From Nitrospirales bacterium (GTDB lineage Bacteria; Nitrospirota; Nitrospiria; Nitrospirales; UBA8639): a stretch of 64,000 nt of DNA. Both the position numbers and the translations under genes were made by a program. The notes beneath the pieces were generated by a model. It made no database searches. It had not been told where the DNA came from and saw only the letters and a list, made by a program, of their open reading frames with translations. Positions 30,944 to 41,100 of this stretch are shown in pieces (the stretch's first letter is position 1; each line of letters starts with the position of its first letter). The DNA lies in NCBI GenBank assembly GCA_965223295.1, contig CBDCWC010000002.1, positions 1,280,001 through 1,344,000 on the forward strand, read 5' to 3'.

Positions 30944-31834
30944 TTAAGAAGTACTGGCCTGAGATTGAGGAACGTCCGTTCCAATTTTCCCTAATACCAG
31001 CCCACAAATAAAGAGCAACACAAAAGCCACAACAAAGACCAGCCATCCCTCAAACGTATGATAGAACCCCTCAGCCGCTTCTTCGCCAAAATAATGTGCC
31101 AGAATCCCTGTCCCGCTCACCCGAGCGGCATTCGCAATAATGGCAATAGGCACAGACAGAAATACCAGCATCCACCGTTTCCACATGACATTTTGAGAAA
31201 AGTAACCATAGACAGTTCCCAATGCCAGTAATGACAGTAATGAACGCAAGCCGCTACAGGCCTCAGCCACTTCTAATGTTGTGGAGGCTAGCATGATCAG
31301 ATTGCCTTCTCGAAGAACTGGGATCCCTAACGAGAACAAACAAAACGAAGCCGTTTGGGCCGCGAAGAGCTGGAGGGGAAACGCAATGGTGTTCACCACA
31401 ATAGCCGGCAGGGGTATCATGAACACCAAAAATCCAATCGGAAGACTCAACAGCCATAAGTACTTCCATCCTAATATTAATAGGACGAGTCCAGATAACA
31501 CCACAATCAACGATGCGCGCTGTACGTATAGCTCAGCTCCGACAAGCCCAATCACCAGAGAAAGCAAGCCCAATGCAAGAAGTCCAACTCCCCAGATACT
31601 AGGAGAAGGCGTTTCATGAGTCAAAGCCGTCCAGCGTTCCCAAATAAAAAAAGCGGAAAGAAACGGGACGAGAAACCCATGAGAATAATCCGGATTGTTA
31701 TTCCAGTCACTCCCCAATCCCCACAACACATCTTGGTACAGAAAGATGACTAAGCCAACAATAACAAGACTGGCACCGACCAGCCACGTTTCATTGAATA
31801 AGCTTTTATCAAAACTATGGCTTTTCATAGTCAA
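30944..31834 (-). CDS. Exosortase (EpsH/Xrt family)
   Basis: DYSHGFLVP; catalytic triad VAEACSGLR (Cys), ANAARV (Arg), FYHTFEGW (His); multi-TM. Confidence 0.93.
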   Translation of the reverse strand: MTMKSHSFDKSLFNETWLVGASLVIVGLVIFLYQDVLWGLGSDWNNNPDYSHGFLVPFLSAFFIWERWTALTHETPSPSIWGVGLLALGLLSLVIGLVGAELYVQRASLIVVLSGLVLLILGWKYLWLLSLPIGFLVFMIPLPAIVVNTIAFPLQLFAAQTASFCLFSLGIPVLREGNLIMLASTTLEVAEACSGLRSLLSLLALGTVYGYFSQNVMWKRWMLVFLSVPIAIIANAARVSGTGILAHYFGEEAAEGFYHTFEGWLVFVVAFVLLFICGLVLGKIGTDVPQSQASTS

Positions 31835-32035
31835 AAAATACCCGAAATCATCAAAAATAAGAAGGGCCCTGCATGTTTACCCCTTCCAAAATATAATTAT
31901 ACTAACCTCTGTATATTTCGGAAAATCCTGAGAAAACTAAAGGAAAACGAGATTTTACCAATCTTGAGCAAGCGCGCATATAAAGGGGGGAATTACTCTA
32001 TCCTCTCTATACATCGATTGTAACGCCATTACAAG

Positions 32036-33445
32036 CTAAGACAATTCATGCGAGTCAGGCTGAGAAAAACGGGGAGCAATATCGGCTGGTTTATCTGACG
32101 GATGAAGACCATATTTTTTGAGGAGTTTATAAAAATCTGCACGGTAGCGTCCAGCAATTTGTGAAGCACGAGAGATATTCCCTTGCGTGGCTCGCAAAAG
32201 ACCTCTGAGATATTCTCGCTCAAACGCCTCTTTAGCTTCCGTTAGTGGCTGCAAACTCCCAGGCTGTGTTGTCTCCTGTTGTGAAAGTGGTAAAAATTCT
32301 TCCGTAATGGTTTCATGAGATGACATCACAACTGCTCGCTCAATCATATTTTCTAGTTCCCGGACATTTCCCGGCCACGCATAGGTCAGCAAACGTTGCA
32401 TGGCTTCAGGAGAAACCCTTTTCACCATCTTGTCATGATGTTCCGCATGACGTTTCAGAAAAAATTGCGCCAGAGAAGGAATGTCATCCCTGCGCTCTCG
32501 CAAAGGCGGAAGATGAAGAGGTACCACATGAATACGATAGTAGAGATCTTCACGGAAGCGTCCCTCTCGAACCGCAATTTCAAGATCTTTGTTAGTTGCA
32601 GCTAAAATCCTCACATCGATCTTGACCGGGACCTGCCCTCCAACTGGAAGAATTTCGCGATTTTGAATGGCACGCAGCAATTTACCTTGAAGAGCCAAAG
32701 GCATTTCGCCAATTTCATCTAAAAAAAGCGTCCCTTTATCTGCACTATGAATTAAGCCTCGTTTGTTTTGATGTGCCCCGGTAAATGAACCTTTCAGATG
32801 TCCAAATAACTCACTTTCAAATAGGGTTTCTGGAATCGCCGCACAATTAACCGCCATAAACGGTTTCGACGCTCGAGGGCTATTACAATGAATCACTCGG
32901 GCGATGACTTCTTTTCCCGTTCCAGTTTCACCCGAAATACAAATTGTTGTATCGGTCTTCGCAACACGTGCAACTTGTTGAAGAACAGCATGCATCTGCG
33001 GGCTACGGGCCACTACATTATCCAGCCCATATAGTTCATTCACCAATAACTGAAGGCGATGGATTTCCTCACCCATTCGCTTTGTAATTAAGGCCTTATC
33101 AATACTCTCCCGCAATTCTTTGTCATCGAACGGCTTCGTTAAATAACCATAGGCCCCTTTTTTCATGGCTTGCACCGCATTAGGGATACATCCATGTGCG
33201 GTCAAAATCAAGACAGGCAGATTGGTCTGATGTTGATGCAATTCTTCCATTAAATCTAGCCCATCAGCATCGGGTAAACGAAGATCAAGGATCGCAAAAT
33301 CATACGGATCTTCCTGCGCACAATTCAGTGCCTCTTCACCATTCCCACACGTTGTCACGGCAAAACCCATGGACCGCAGGCGCATTTTCAGTAGGGTTAA
33401 TAAACTTGGGTCGTCATCAACGACAAGAATTCGTTCATCTGACAT
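32036..33445 (-). CDS. Sigma54-dependent response regulator, GlrR/QseF-like
   Basis: Receiver, GETGTGKE, GSFTGA, C-terminal PLTEAKEAFEREYL...AGRYRADFYKLL typical of GlrR. Confidence 0.85.
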   Translation of the reverse strand: MSDERILVVDDDPSLLTLLKMRLRSMGFAVTTCGNGEEALNCAQEDPYDFAILDLRLPDADGLDLMEELHQHQTNLPVLILTAHGCIPNAVQAMKKGAYGYLTKPFDDKELRESIDKALITKRMGEEIHRLQLLVNELYGLDNVVARSPQMHAVLQQVARVAKTDTTICISGETGTGKEVIARVIHCNSPRASKPFMAVNCAAIPETLFESELFGHLKGSFTGAHQNKRGLIHSADKGTLFLDEIGEMPLALQGKLLRAIQNREILPVGGQVPVKIDVRILAATNKDLEIAVREGRFREDLYYRIHVVPLHLPPLRERRDDIPSLAQFFLKRHAEHHDKMVKRVSPEAMQRLLTYAWPGNVRELENMIERAVVMSSHETITEEFLPLSQQETTQPGSLQPLTEAKEAFEREYLRGLLRATQGNISRASQIAGRYRADFYKLLKKYGLHPSDKPADIAPRFSQPDSHELS

Positions 33446-33455
33446 GTTAGCTCCT

Positions 33456-34277
33456 TTAGGGTTGGCTGGCTTGAGGAACAGCCTCCTGATTTTCTAATGG
33501 ATTTTCAACTTCCGGACTTGGTGTCATATTTTCTGAAGGACGCGTCGGAGGAACCTTTTCTCGAATCTCTTGATCAATCCGACGCAAGGCTTCCAGTTGC
33601 TGCATTAATTCTTTTACCTTTGCCTCACTGAGCTTCAGTTCTTGTTGAACGTCCTGAACAAAAGCTTGGTCTTTTTTGGCTTGCTCAAGCTGGTTCGTGA
33701 GGGTCGTGATGGCTTGCTTTTGTCTTATAACGACTTCGTCCTGGGCAGCCAACTCATTCCTCAGCCCCTCATCCTCAGGGATATCCTCCAACTGCCTCAT
33801 CAGCTCATGGATCGACAATTCTTTACTGACCATTTCGCGCGTCATTCGCCGCATCAGTTCATAAGATGTAAGACCAGCATTGTTAGGGGAATTCAACACC
33901 TCTAAAAACCATAACCAAAAACGACTTTCCGTTGCGAACAAACTATTGGGAGCCGAGGTGACAACTTTTCGAAAATGTAAAGCGGCTAATTCACGATTTT
34001 CATATAATGCTGCCACCCCACGAAGAAAATGAGTACGCTGACAAGCCTGTTCATCGTTGCAGAGTCCCAATTGTTTTTCCTGATCTTCCGCAATGGCTTT
34101 AAAGTAGGGCACGTCTTCTAACTCCGGCTCCAGGACGTCGGCAAGATTACTTTCAGAAACCGTATACGGTTCGACTGGTTGCTCAACATGCACATCAGGC
34201 CCGGTACATGAAATCAGCAATACGATTCCGAAAATAACTGAAAGCGCTTGCCATGCTTCATTGGGAGAGTCCGTCAT
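33456..34277 (-). CDS. Putative lipoprotein with helical/coiled-coil region, QseG(YfhG)-like position
   Basis: Lipobox VLLISC; coiled-coil ending QQLEALRRIDQEIREK; between kinase and regulator; ATG 34277 preferred. Confidence 0.7.
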   Translation of the reverse strand: MTDSPNEAWQALSVIFGIVLLISCTGPDVHVEQPVEPYTVSESNLADVLEPELEDVPYFKAIAEDQEKQLGLCNDEQACQRTHFLRGVAALYENRELAALHFRKVVTSAPNSLFATESRFWLWFLEVLNSPNNAGLTSYELMRRMTREMVSKELSIHELMRQLEDIPEDEGLRNELAAQDEVVIRQKQAITTLTNQLEQAKKDQAFVQDVQQELKLSEAKVKELMQQLEALRRIDQEIREKVPPTRPSENMTPSPEVENPLENQEAVPQASQP

Positions 34278-34288
34278 AAACTGCCAGG

Positions 34289-35773
34289 TCAGTGCACGGT
34301 TTTCACCGAGGCGCGCGGGGAAACAATAAAATGTACCGCGGTGCCTTTGCCATTTACACTTTCTGCCCAAATAGTGCCGCTATGATCTTCGATCACGCGC
34401 TTAGCTAGGGCTAAGCCAATTCCACTTCCAACATGGACACGCCCTTCCTGGGCTTTTCCTTGATAAAATCGTTCGAAAATATGTGGCAAATCTTCTTCTG
34501 GAATACCCGGCCCTGAATCTTCAACCATAAAGTGTATTCCCGTACTGACAGAATCCGCTTTCGAACGTATGGCAATCGTCGCACCATGAGGGCTAAATTT
34601 AATGGCATTAGACAACAGATTTTCAAAGACTTGTTCCATCCTTTGACTATCCACTTCTTGGATTTTTACCTTGCCTGGGACTAAATCGATGGTCATGTGA
34701 ATATTTTTTCGATCAGCTAACAGTTTGACTTTTTCGGTCGATCGCACCGCCAAACGATTTAAATCAGTGGGATGAAAATTATAGGAAACCATATCCGCTT
34801 CCATCCTCGAGAGATCCAACAAATTGCCAATCAACTGATTCAATCGTTGACTACTATCCGAAATGATTGAGAGGGTTTCTCGTTGATCTTTGGTCAATTC
34901 TCCTGGAACCCCATCAAGCAACAACTGTGAACCTTCTCGAATTGAAGTAAGTGGCGTTCGTAATTCATGTGAAATATTCGCCAGAAATTCGGATTTCATT
35001 TCATCCAACTTTTGCAGTTTTCTGCCCATCGAATTGACCTGTTCAACCAAATCCCGCAGTTCCTGAGGCACCGCGAGCGATATCGTTCCTCCAAATTGCC
35101 CTTGTCCTATTCGACGAATCTGTGCTTTAACCCGCCGCAATGGACGAAGGATACTATAGCTGGCAATGCCGGCCAAGCCAAGGCCCAAGACCAGAGCCAT
35201 CATCAGCAATTGTTGGGTAATGGCTTGGGCTTCAACCGAGCGCAGATGGGAATCCCGAAGAATCGCTCCGACACTCGCCTCCTGAGACGTAATATAGGCA
35301 TTGATGGTCTGAGTCATCGCTTCAAGAAGCGTATCGCGTTTTTGCTCATAGCTGACAATGTCAAATGGAGTCCTATCCGCCTGTTCAACCCCAACACTGA
35401 GAAACAGGGTATGAAATTCTTCATGATGGGCCTTGACAATTTGAAGGGCCTCGCGAGTCGTGCCCTCATTTTCTTGATCTTCGAGCGCCTTTAACGTCTT
35501 TCTAAAATTTTCAGCCTCTTGCAAAAAATCCTTCAGAAGAGTGGTGTCTCGTAAGACGAGATATTGCTTATCACTCTTTAATTGGGCATACAGGCTCGTG
35601 ATCAACTGCTTGGCAGTTTCCACGGCTGGAAAATGGTGAGTGGCAAGTTCAGCATTCAAATTGGTTAACGCACGAAACTGATTCAGAATATACAAATTCA
35701 GCCCTATCACCAGGGCAAGAATTGTCACATACCCCAACGCCAACCGCCAAAAAATTGAAAGCCTAGAAAACAT
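34289..35773 (-). CDS. Sensor histidine kinase, GlrK/QseE-like
   Basis: Two TM, HAMP, SHELRTPLTSIREG H-box, NLLSNAIKFSP, GSGIGL. Confidence 0.88.
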   Translation of the reverse strand: MFSRLSIFWRLALGYVTILALVIGLNLYILNQFRALTNLNAELATHHFPAVETAKQLITSLYAQLKSDKQYLVLRDTTLLKDFLQEAENFRKTLKALEDQENEGTTREALQIVKAHHEEFHTLFLSVGVEQADRTPFDIVSYEQKRDTLLEAMTQTINAYITSQEASVGAILRDSHLRSVEAQAITQQLLMMALVLGLGLAGIASYSILRPLRRVKAQIRRIGQGQFGGTISLAVPQELRDLVEQVNSMGRKLQKLDEMKSEFLANISHELRTPLTSIREGSQLLLDGVPGELTKDQRETLSIISDSSQRLNQLIGNLLDLSRMEADMVSYNFHPTDLNRLAVRSTEKVKLLADRKNIHMTIDLVPGKVKIQEVDSQRMEQVFENLLSNAIKFSPHGATIAIRSKADSVSTGIHFMVEDSGPGIPEEDLPHIFERFYQGKAQEGRVHVGSGIGLALAKRVIEDHSGTIWAESVNGKGTAVHFIVSPRASVKTVH

Positions 35774-35979
35774 ACCTAGGCAAAAACAATGAAATTAATA
35801 ACATGCATGTGGAGGAAAATTCCTTCGGGCTCAACTATGGGATCTTACTGATCAAATTCATCACGTTTCAGCGAAAAGCTCTTTCAAATCAGTGAAGTAA
35901 TAAGTAAGAGTGGCATACCCTATCATGGACTTCACATATAGAAAACCCCTTGACGGTTAAGGTATTCAGACATTTTTTT

Positions 35980-35995
35980 TGGCACATGCATTGCT
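35980..35995 (+). promoter_or_regulatory. Sigma54 (-24/-12) promoter
   Basis: TGGCAC-ATGCA-TTGCT, exact consensus with 10 nt between GG and GC. Confidence 0.8.
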
Positions 35996-36394
35996 TAAGG
36001 AATAAAAGTTCTTCATTAACTTGATAATTTTAAATAGTACCTATTTCGGATCTAGCTTCTTTATCTCCCCCGCGTAATGAATTGGCCACATTTATTTTTT
36101 GCCTGTAACTTCGACCTGCATTACTACATCGGTAATCTGCAAGGCTTCGCGTTAAGGGCCCGAGCATGTTTAAACGCGTCATCTTCGATATCCATCACAT
36201 CATTCACTATATCGCCAAACAAACAATTGCAAAATCCCCTGCAAACCTAACTGAGTGTAATTAAATTTCTTAGTCGGAGCAGTAAAATCCTCAGCACTTC
36301 CATAAAGAACGACCTCGTCTATCCATGCGTCTACAAAATTTTCTTTTGCAAGCTTCTGAAGCCAACCCCCCTCAACCGTAATGTGGAGCACGAC

Positions 36395-37576
36395 ATGAAT
36401 TGTTTCCCTCTTTTCCGTAAGTTTCTCCAGGTATTACCGAGTACCATCATCGTCCCCCTATTGTTTCTTTTGAGCTGTTGTATAATGATTTCGACTCTTC
36501 ATGCAGCCAGTGTCTCACTGACATGGAATGCTAACACAGAGTCAGACCTGGCCGGATATAAAATTTACTTACGTACACTTCCTTCCACCGATTATGGTTC
36601 AGCGGTTTTTTCTGGGTTACCTTCAAATCCCTCTTCTCCTCAAAAAACCATCACAAATCTTGCTGAAGGTCGTTCATATGGAGCAATTGTCACAGCTTAC
36701 GATAATGCAGGAAACGAAAGCGGACCTTCAAATGAAGGGCAATTTACAACTTCCTCTTCTTCGACCACCTTTCCCTTAACGATCAAAAAAGAAGGGAATG
36801 GCAGTGGAACCATTACAAGTAATCCTGTAGGCATTAGCTGCGGAAGTACTTGTTCGACTCGTTTTCCAGAAAATAGCTCTATTACCCTTACCGCGGTAGC
36901 TGGGTCTGGTTCGGCCTTTACCGGCTGGAGTGGAGGAGGCTGCAGTGGCTCCAACACTTCTTGCACCATCACCCTCCCCTTGGGCAAAACAGTCACGGCC
37001 ACATTCGAGCAGTCACAAACATCTACCTCCACTTCCCCCTTAACGGTAAAGTTTGAGGGGACTGGTTCCGGAAGGGTCAGCAGCAGTCCTAGCGGCCTCA
37101 GCTGTACGAGTAACTGCTCAGTTCGTTTTCCAACAAATAGTTCGATTACCCTTTCCGCGGCAGCGGGTACCGGTTCGGTCTTTGCCGGCTGGAGTGGAGG
37201 AGGCTGCAGCGGGACGAATACTTCTTGTACCGTTTATCTCAACTTCGGCAAAACGGTTCGAGCTAGCTTTCAGTCCTCACAAACGTCGGGAACCCCTAGT
37301 ATAGTCACGCCCACACCGGGGACCTCGATTTCGGGCGGGAGCACGACCTTTACCTGGCAACCCAACGGAACTGCTGTGACTGAATGGTGGCTGTATGTGG
37401 GAACCAGTCTAGGCGCTAAAGACATCTTAACCAGTGGCTCAATTCCCAGTGGCACCCTCTCGCGTACCGTATCAGGTCTCCCCACCAATGGGAGCTCGGT
37501 CTGGGTTAAGCTCTGGTGGCGTACGGCTTCGACGGACTGGCAAAACACCGATTTCCAATATTCCACCAGAAGATGA
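36395..37576 (+). CDS. Secreted protein: N-terminal FN3-like domain, two InlB B-repeat-like domains, C-terminal Trp-rich module
   Basis: Signal peptide ending TLHA; VSLTWNANTESDLAGYKIY...TAYDNAGNESGPSNE; two GSGxxxSxPxG...C...FxGWSGGGCSG repeats; start 36383 or 36395. Confidence 0.85.
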   Translation: MNCFPLFRKFLQVLPSTIIVPLLFLLSCCIMISTLHAASVSLTWNANTESDLAGYKIYLRTLPSTDYGSAVFSGLPSNPSSPQKTITNLAEGRSYGAIVTAYDNAGNESGPSNEGQFTTSSSSTTFPLTIKKEGNGSGTITSNPVGISCGSTCSTRFPENSSITLTAVAGSGSAFTGWSGGGCSGSNTSCTITLPLGKTVTATFEQSQTSTSTSPLTVKFEGTGSGRVSSSPSGLSCTSNCSVRFPTNSSITLSAAAGTGSVFAGWSGGGCSGTNTSCTVYLNFGKTVRASFQSSQTSGTPSIVTPTPGTSISGGSTTFTWQPNGTAVTEWWLYVGTSLGAKDILTSGSIPSGTLSRTVSGLPTNGSSVWVKLWWRTASTDWQNTDFQYSTRR

Positions 37577-38176
37577 GGGCATAACTACTAACCTTAACTG
37601 AAAACCTATTACTCTTTTCGACCTAGCAGACCATCGGCACAGTCACGGAAAAAAGAGTTGCCTTTAACCATTTGTCTTTCTTCACGGATGAGGAGATGAA
37701 CAGAAGATCTTTTAGGGCTACCCAAAGAAGTAATCCCCGGTAAATGCTGAAAAAAAACTTGTTCCGTACTACCCCTCCTCAATCGCTACCATTTCGAAGT
37801 AAAAAACGTTTAACGAGACTGAAGATAGTTAAAAAGAGGTATATATGGCATGATCCATTTGCATGCCTCCTTAGGGGTGCGTTTTGGGTCTTTTCCCTTT
37901 GCCTCCACAGTGAAATTGTTCCTAAAACATATCCATTGCACGTTCTTTTCTTTAAACTGTTCAAATCATTAAGGTTCAATCCGGGCTTCAACCAACGCGA
38001 CAATGAACATCAACAAACCAAGGCTTTAGGAAGATGTTATTTGCGTCTTGTTTTATTTTTAGATACATGAGTAAATAAAATCGTTACTGAGAATTTCTTC
38101 GTTTTTTTTTAATAAATAGCCTATCATTTCAACTTTTATAAAATTCAACTTGGGGCAGTATGGAGGATGACGAGTC

Positions 38177-41100
38177 ATGAAATATAAATTATTGATGGTG
38201 GTAACTTTTCTTTTTGGCCTGAATCCCAATCTAAGCTTAGGAACAGAACTCGGAGATCTTGCCACCTCTATGGCAGTCGGAACATGGACAAAACTCAATA
38301 CAAACGGATTCACGAAAAACTATCTTCTCTATCCCAATGGACCAAACACTCACCCAACGACCAATTTTTTAGGCGAAGTCTCCTGGGATCCCGTGACCAA
38401 AAAAGTTTTCTTTTTAGGTGCAGGACATTTTAATTATTCCCAGTTGCATGTGTATTCCGAATCTACAAATACATGGACACGCGGCCCAGAGCCGCCAGGT
38501 GCGCCAATTCAACTGGGCCATGGCTATAGCCACAACGCTCTATCCGTAGGTGACCGAGTATTGGGGTTTCTTCATTCTAATCCTAATAAACTGACTTTCT
38601 ACCAGTACAATATCGGTGCTAACACATGGACACAACGCTCCTCCACATCAAATGACGGAGGCATCGCTCATGCAATGACCTATTTTCCGGATCGCTCAAA
38701 ATGGTATGTGGCTGATGGGACGTTTGGGCGAATATTGGAGTATGACCATATCTCCAATTCTTGGGGTACCGTTGAGACCGAACCAGACTGTTTTGGAACA
38801 GAGTCAGGAGGATATTATCACCAATTTGGTTCATACAATGCCGTCCGAAAGGAGATGGTCTTTGGAGGTGGTAATGTTTATTCTGGGAACAATAAATTCT
38901 CCAAATCCTGGTGCAAAATGGATAAGGACGGCGATATTACCCTTATGCCTGAGGCTCCCCATACACTCCGAATCCCCGAGGGCACAACCAGCACGAAGGG
39001 AGCATTAGTTTCAATTGATCCAGCCAGCGGAGATCTGTTGGTACTGACCCAGATTGGAACTTTTTTTGCGTTTAACTTTTCAACAAATGAATGGACAGCC
39101 ATTCAAGATCAAGCAACCAGACCAAACGTCTTTAAGCAGACAAGTAATAATGTCACCAATGGCTTTGTCGTTCCCATTAGCACGTATGGCGTCACGATGT
39201 ATGCGGATCATAATAATAATCCTACCCTTTGGCTCTATAAACATGCACAGGGAGGCACAGTCGTCACACCACCGGCTGCTGACACGACTCCGCCATCAGT
39301 ACCTACAGGTCTGTCAGGATCCGCGACCTCCTCATCGACAGCAAGTATGAATTGGAATGCATCAAACGATAATGTAGGGGTTGCAGGGTATCAGGTACTG
39401 AGGAACAACAATAGCGTTGCCACGCCATCAGGGACCTCATTCAATGATACCGGCCTTGTGCCGGATACAACCTATTCCTACAGTGTGAAGGCATTTGATT
39501 CCGCTGGAAACTTTTCCGCTGCGTCGTCATCAATCAGTATCACCACACCAAGCGAATCAACGGGAGGAGGATCGGGGGGATCCGGGGGCTCTAGTGGATC
39601 CGGAGGCTCTGGGGGGCAAAGTTCCAATACGGCATCAAACGTTCTTGTCATTCACGACACATCGGGAGACAGTCAAAGCAACAGACCTATCTCCCTTGCG
39701 AGGCCATTTCGGAAAGGTGATATTTCCAATTTTGCACAGGCAGTGATCAATGGCACACCGGTACTCACACAGAATGACGTCAAGAACCGTTGGCCAGATG
39801 GGTCATTGAAATTCGCGATCGTCAGTTTTGTGATTCCAAATCTTTCGTCAAACGGATCCGTTGAAGTGAAACTGGTCAATCAAAACTCAGGTCACAACAC
39901 CGGGTTTTTGAGTAAGTCAGATATGCTGAACTCAAACTATAACTTCGACGGGACCATTCGTATGGCTGGTGCAGCAACTAAATCCATCAGCGCCCGGCAG
40001 ATACTTGAAAACGGCCACTTCCGATATTGGCTAAAAGGGCCTATCGTGACGGCTGTTATTCTTGAAGACCGTACGCCGACAAGAACCTATGACCAGGATT
40101 TTGGAGATGGCAGCAAAGCTCTGCACCCCATATTTGAGGCCTGGTTCTACCCGCAAGGGAAAAAGGTACAGCTGGGCTATACGGTCGAAAATGTGTGGTC
40201 CAGCTCGACCGCCTCCAAAAGTATGAGGGATCTCCGTTACTCGCTCACGCTGACATCGGGACATTCTTCCCAAAAAACTGAATTTACCCATGCCTCCTTT
40301 AAGCATATTGCGCGAAGCCGTTGGCACAGGTTGTATTGGCTTGGGACTGATCCTGGAGGAGTTCGTATCGATCACAATCTTGCTTATCTGGTGACAACAG
40401 CAGCCATACCTCACTACGATACATCAATAAACGTGTCACCATCATTGGAAGGGAATTTGTACAACGAGTACGGAAAGTATGATGGAACATTCGATGGATC
40501 AGATGGAGGCAACACCAACAAACTTGGCCTATACAAGAAATCCTTGAATTCTACGGGAGCCAGCTATTGGATCGGGTTACAAGCAACATGGGAGACAACC
40601 TGGTTGTATTCCATGAGTACGAGAGGCTGGGAAATGGTACTTGGGAACGCAGACCTCGGGAGCCGAATGCCTATATTTTATCGGGAAGCTGACGAGCTAG
40701 CAGGATCGGGTGATTATTTTGATCAACGTTATACACAAAATGCGAAGTTAGCATCTGCTGGACAGAAGCAGGGCACTGGAACAGTGAATACCTTTGGACG
40801 TCCAATTTCTGTGAACGCCCGCCGCTTTGTTGACTTAGGATCACCCCACTCTTCCAGCCAATCCGCTGCTGATAAAATTAAGACCGGAACCATTTCAACT
40901 GACGGATGGAATCAAACAGACAGCAGTCATCATACAGACATCTGCTACACAGCCTACCTGTTTTCGGGCCGTTATTACTATTTGGACTGCTTACAAATGG
41001 AAGCCGCCTTTCGAGTAGGATGGAAAACTCCCGGATTTAATAGCCCATTCGGCCGTCCGGGAGAAGTGGGGCTGTTTAATGGATCCAACGTCCGACATGA

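Noticed and set aside
35955-35972. GGTT-N10-GACA as a GlrR-type binding site
   Set aside because: Only a half match to TGTC-N10-GACA and too close to the -24 box for a typical activator site.
37846-37863. TGGCATGATCCATTTGCA as a sigma54 promoter for the large secreted gene
   Set aside because: 12 nt between GG and GC instead of the required 10.
39563-39620. GGATC(C/G)GG short repeats
   Set aside because: Encode a Gly/Ser linker; not CRISPR or an independent repeat.
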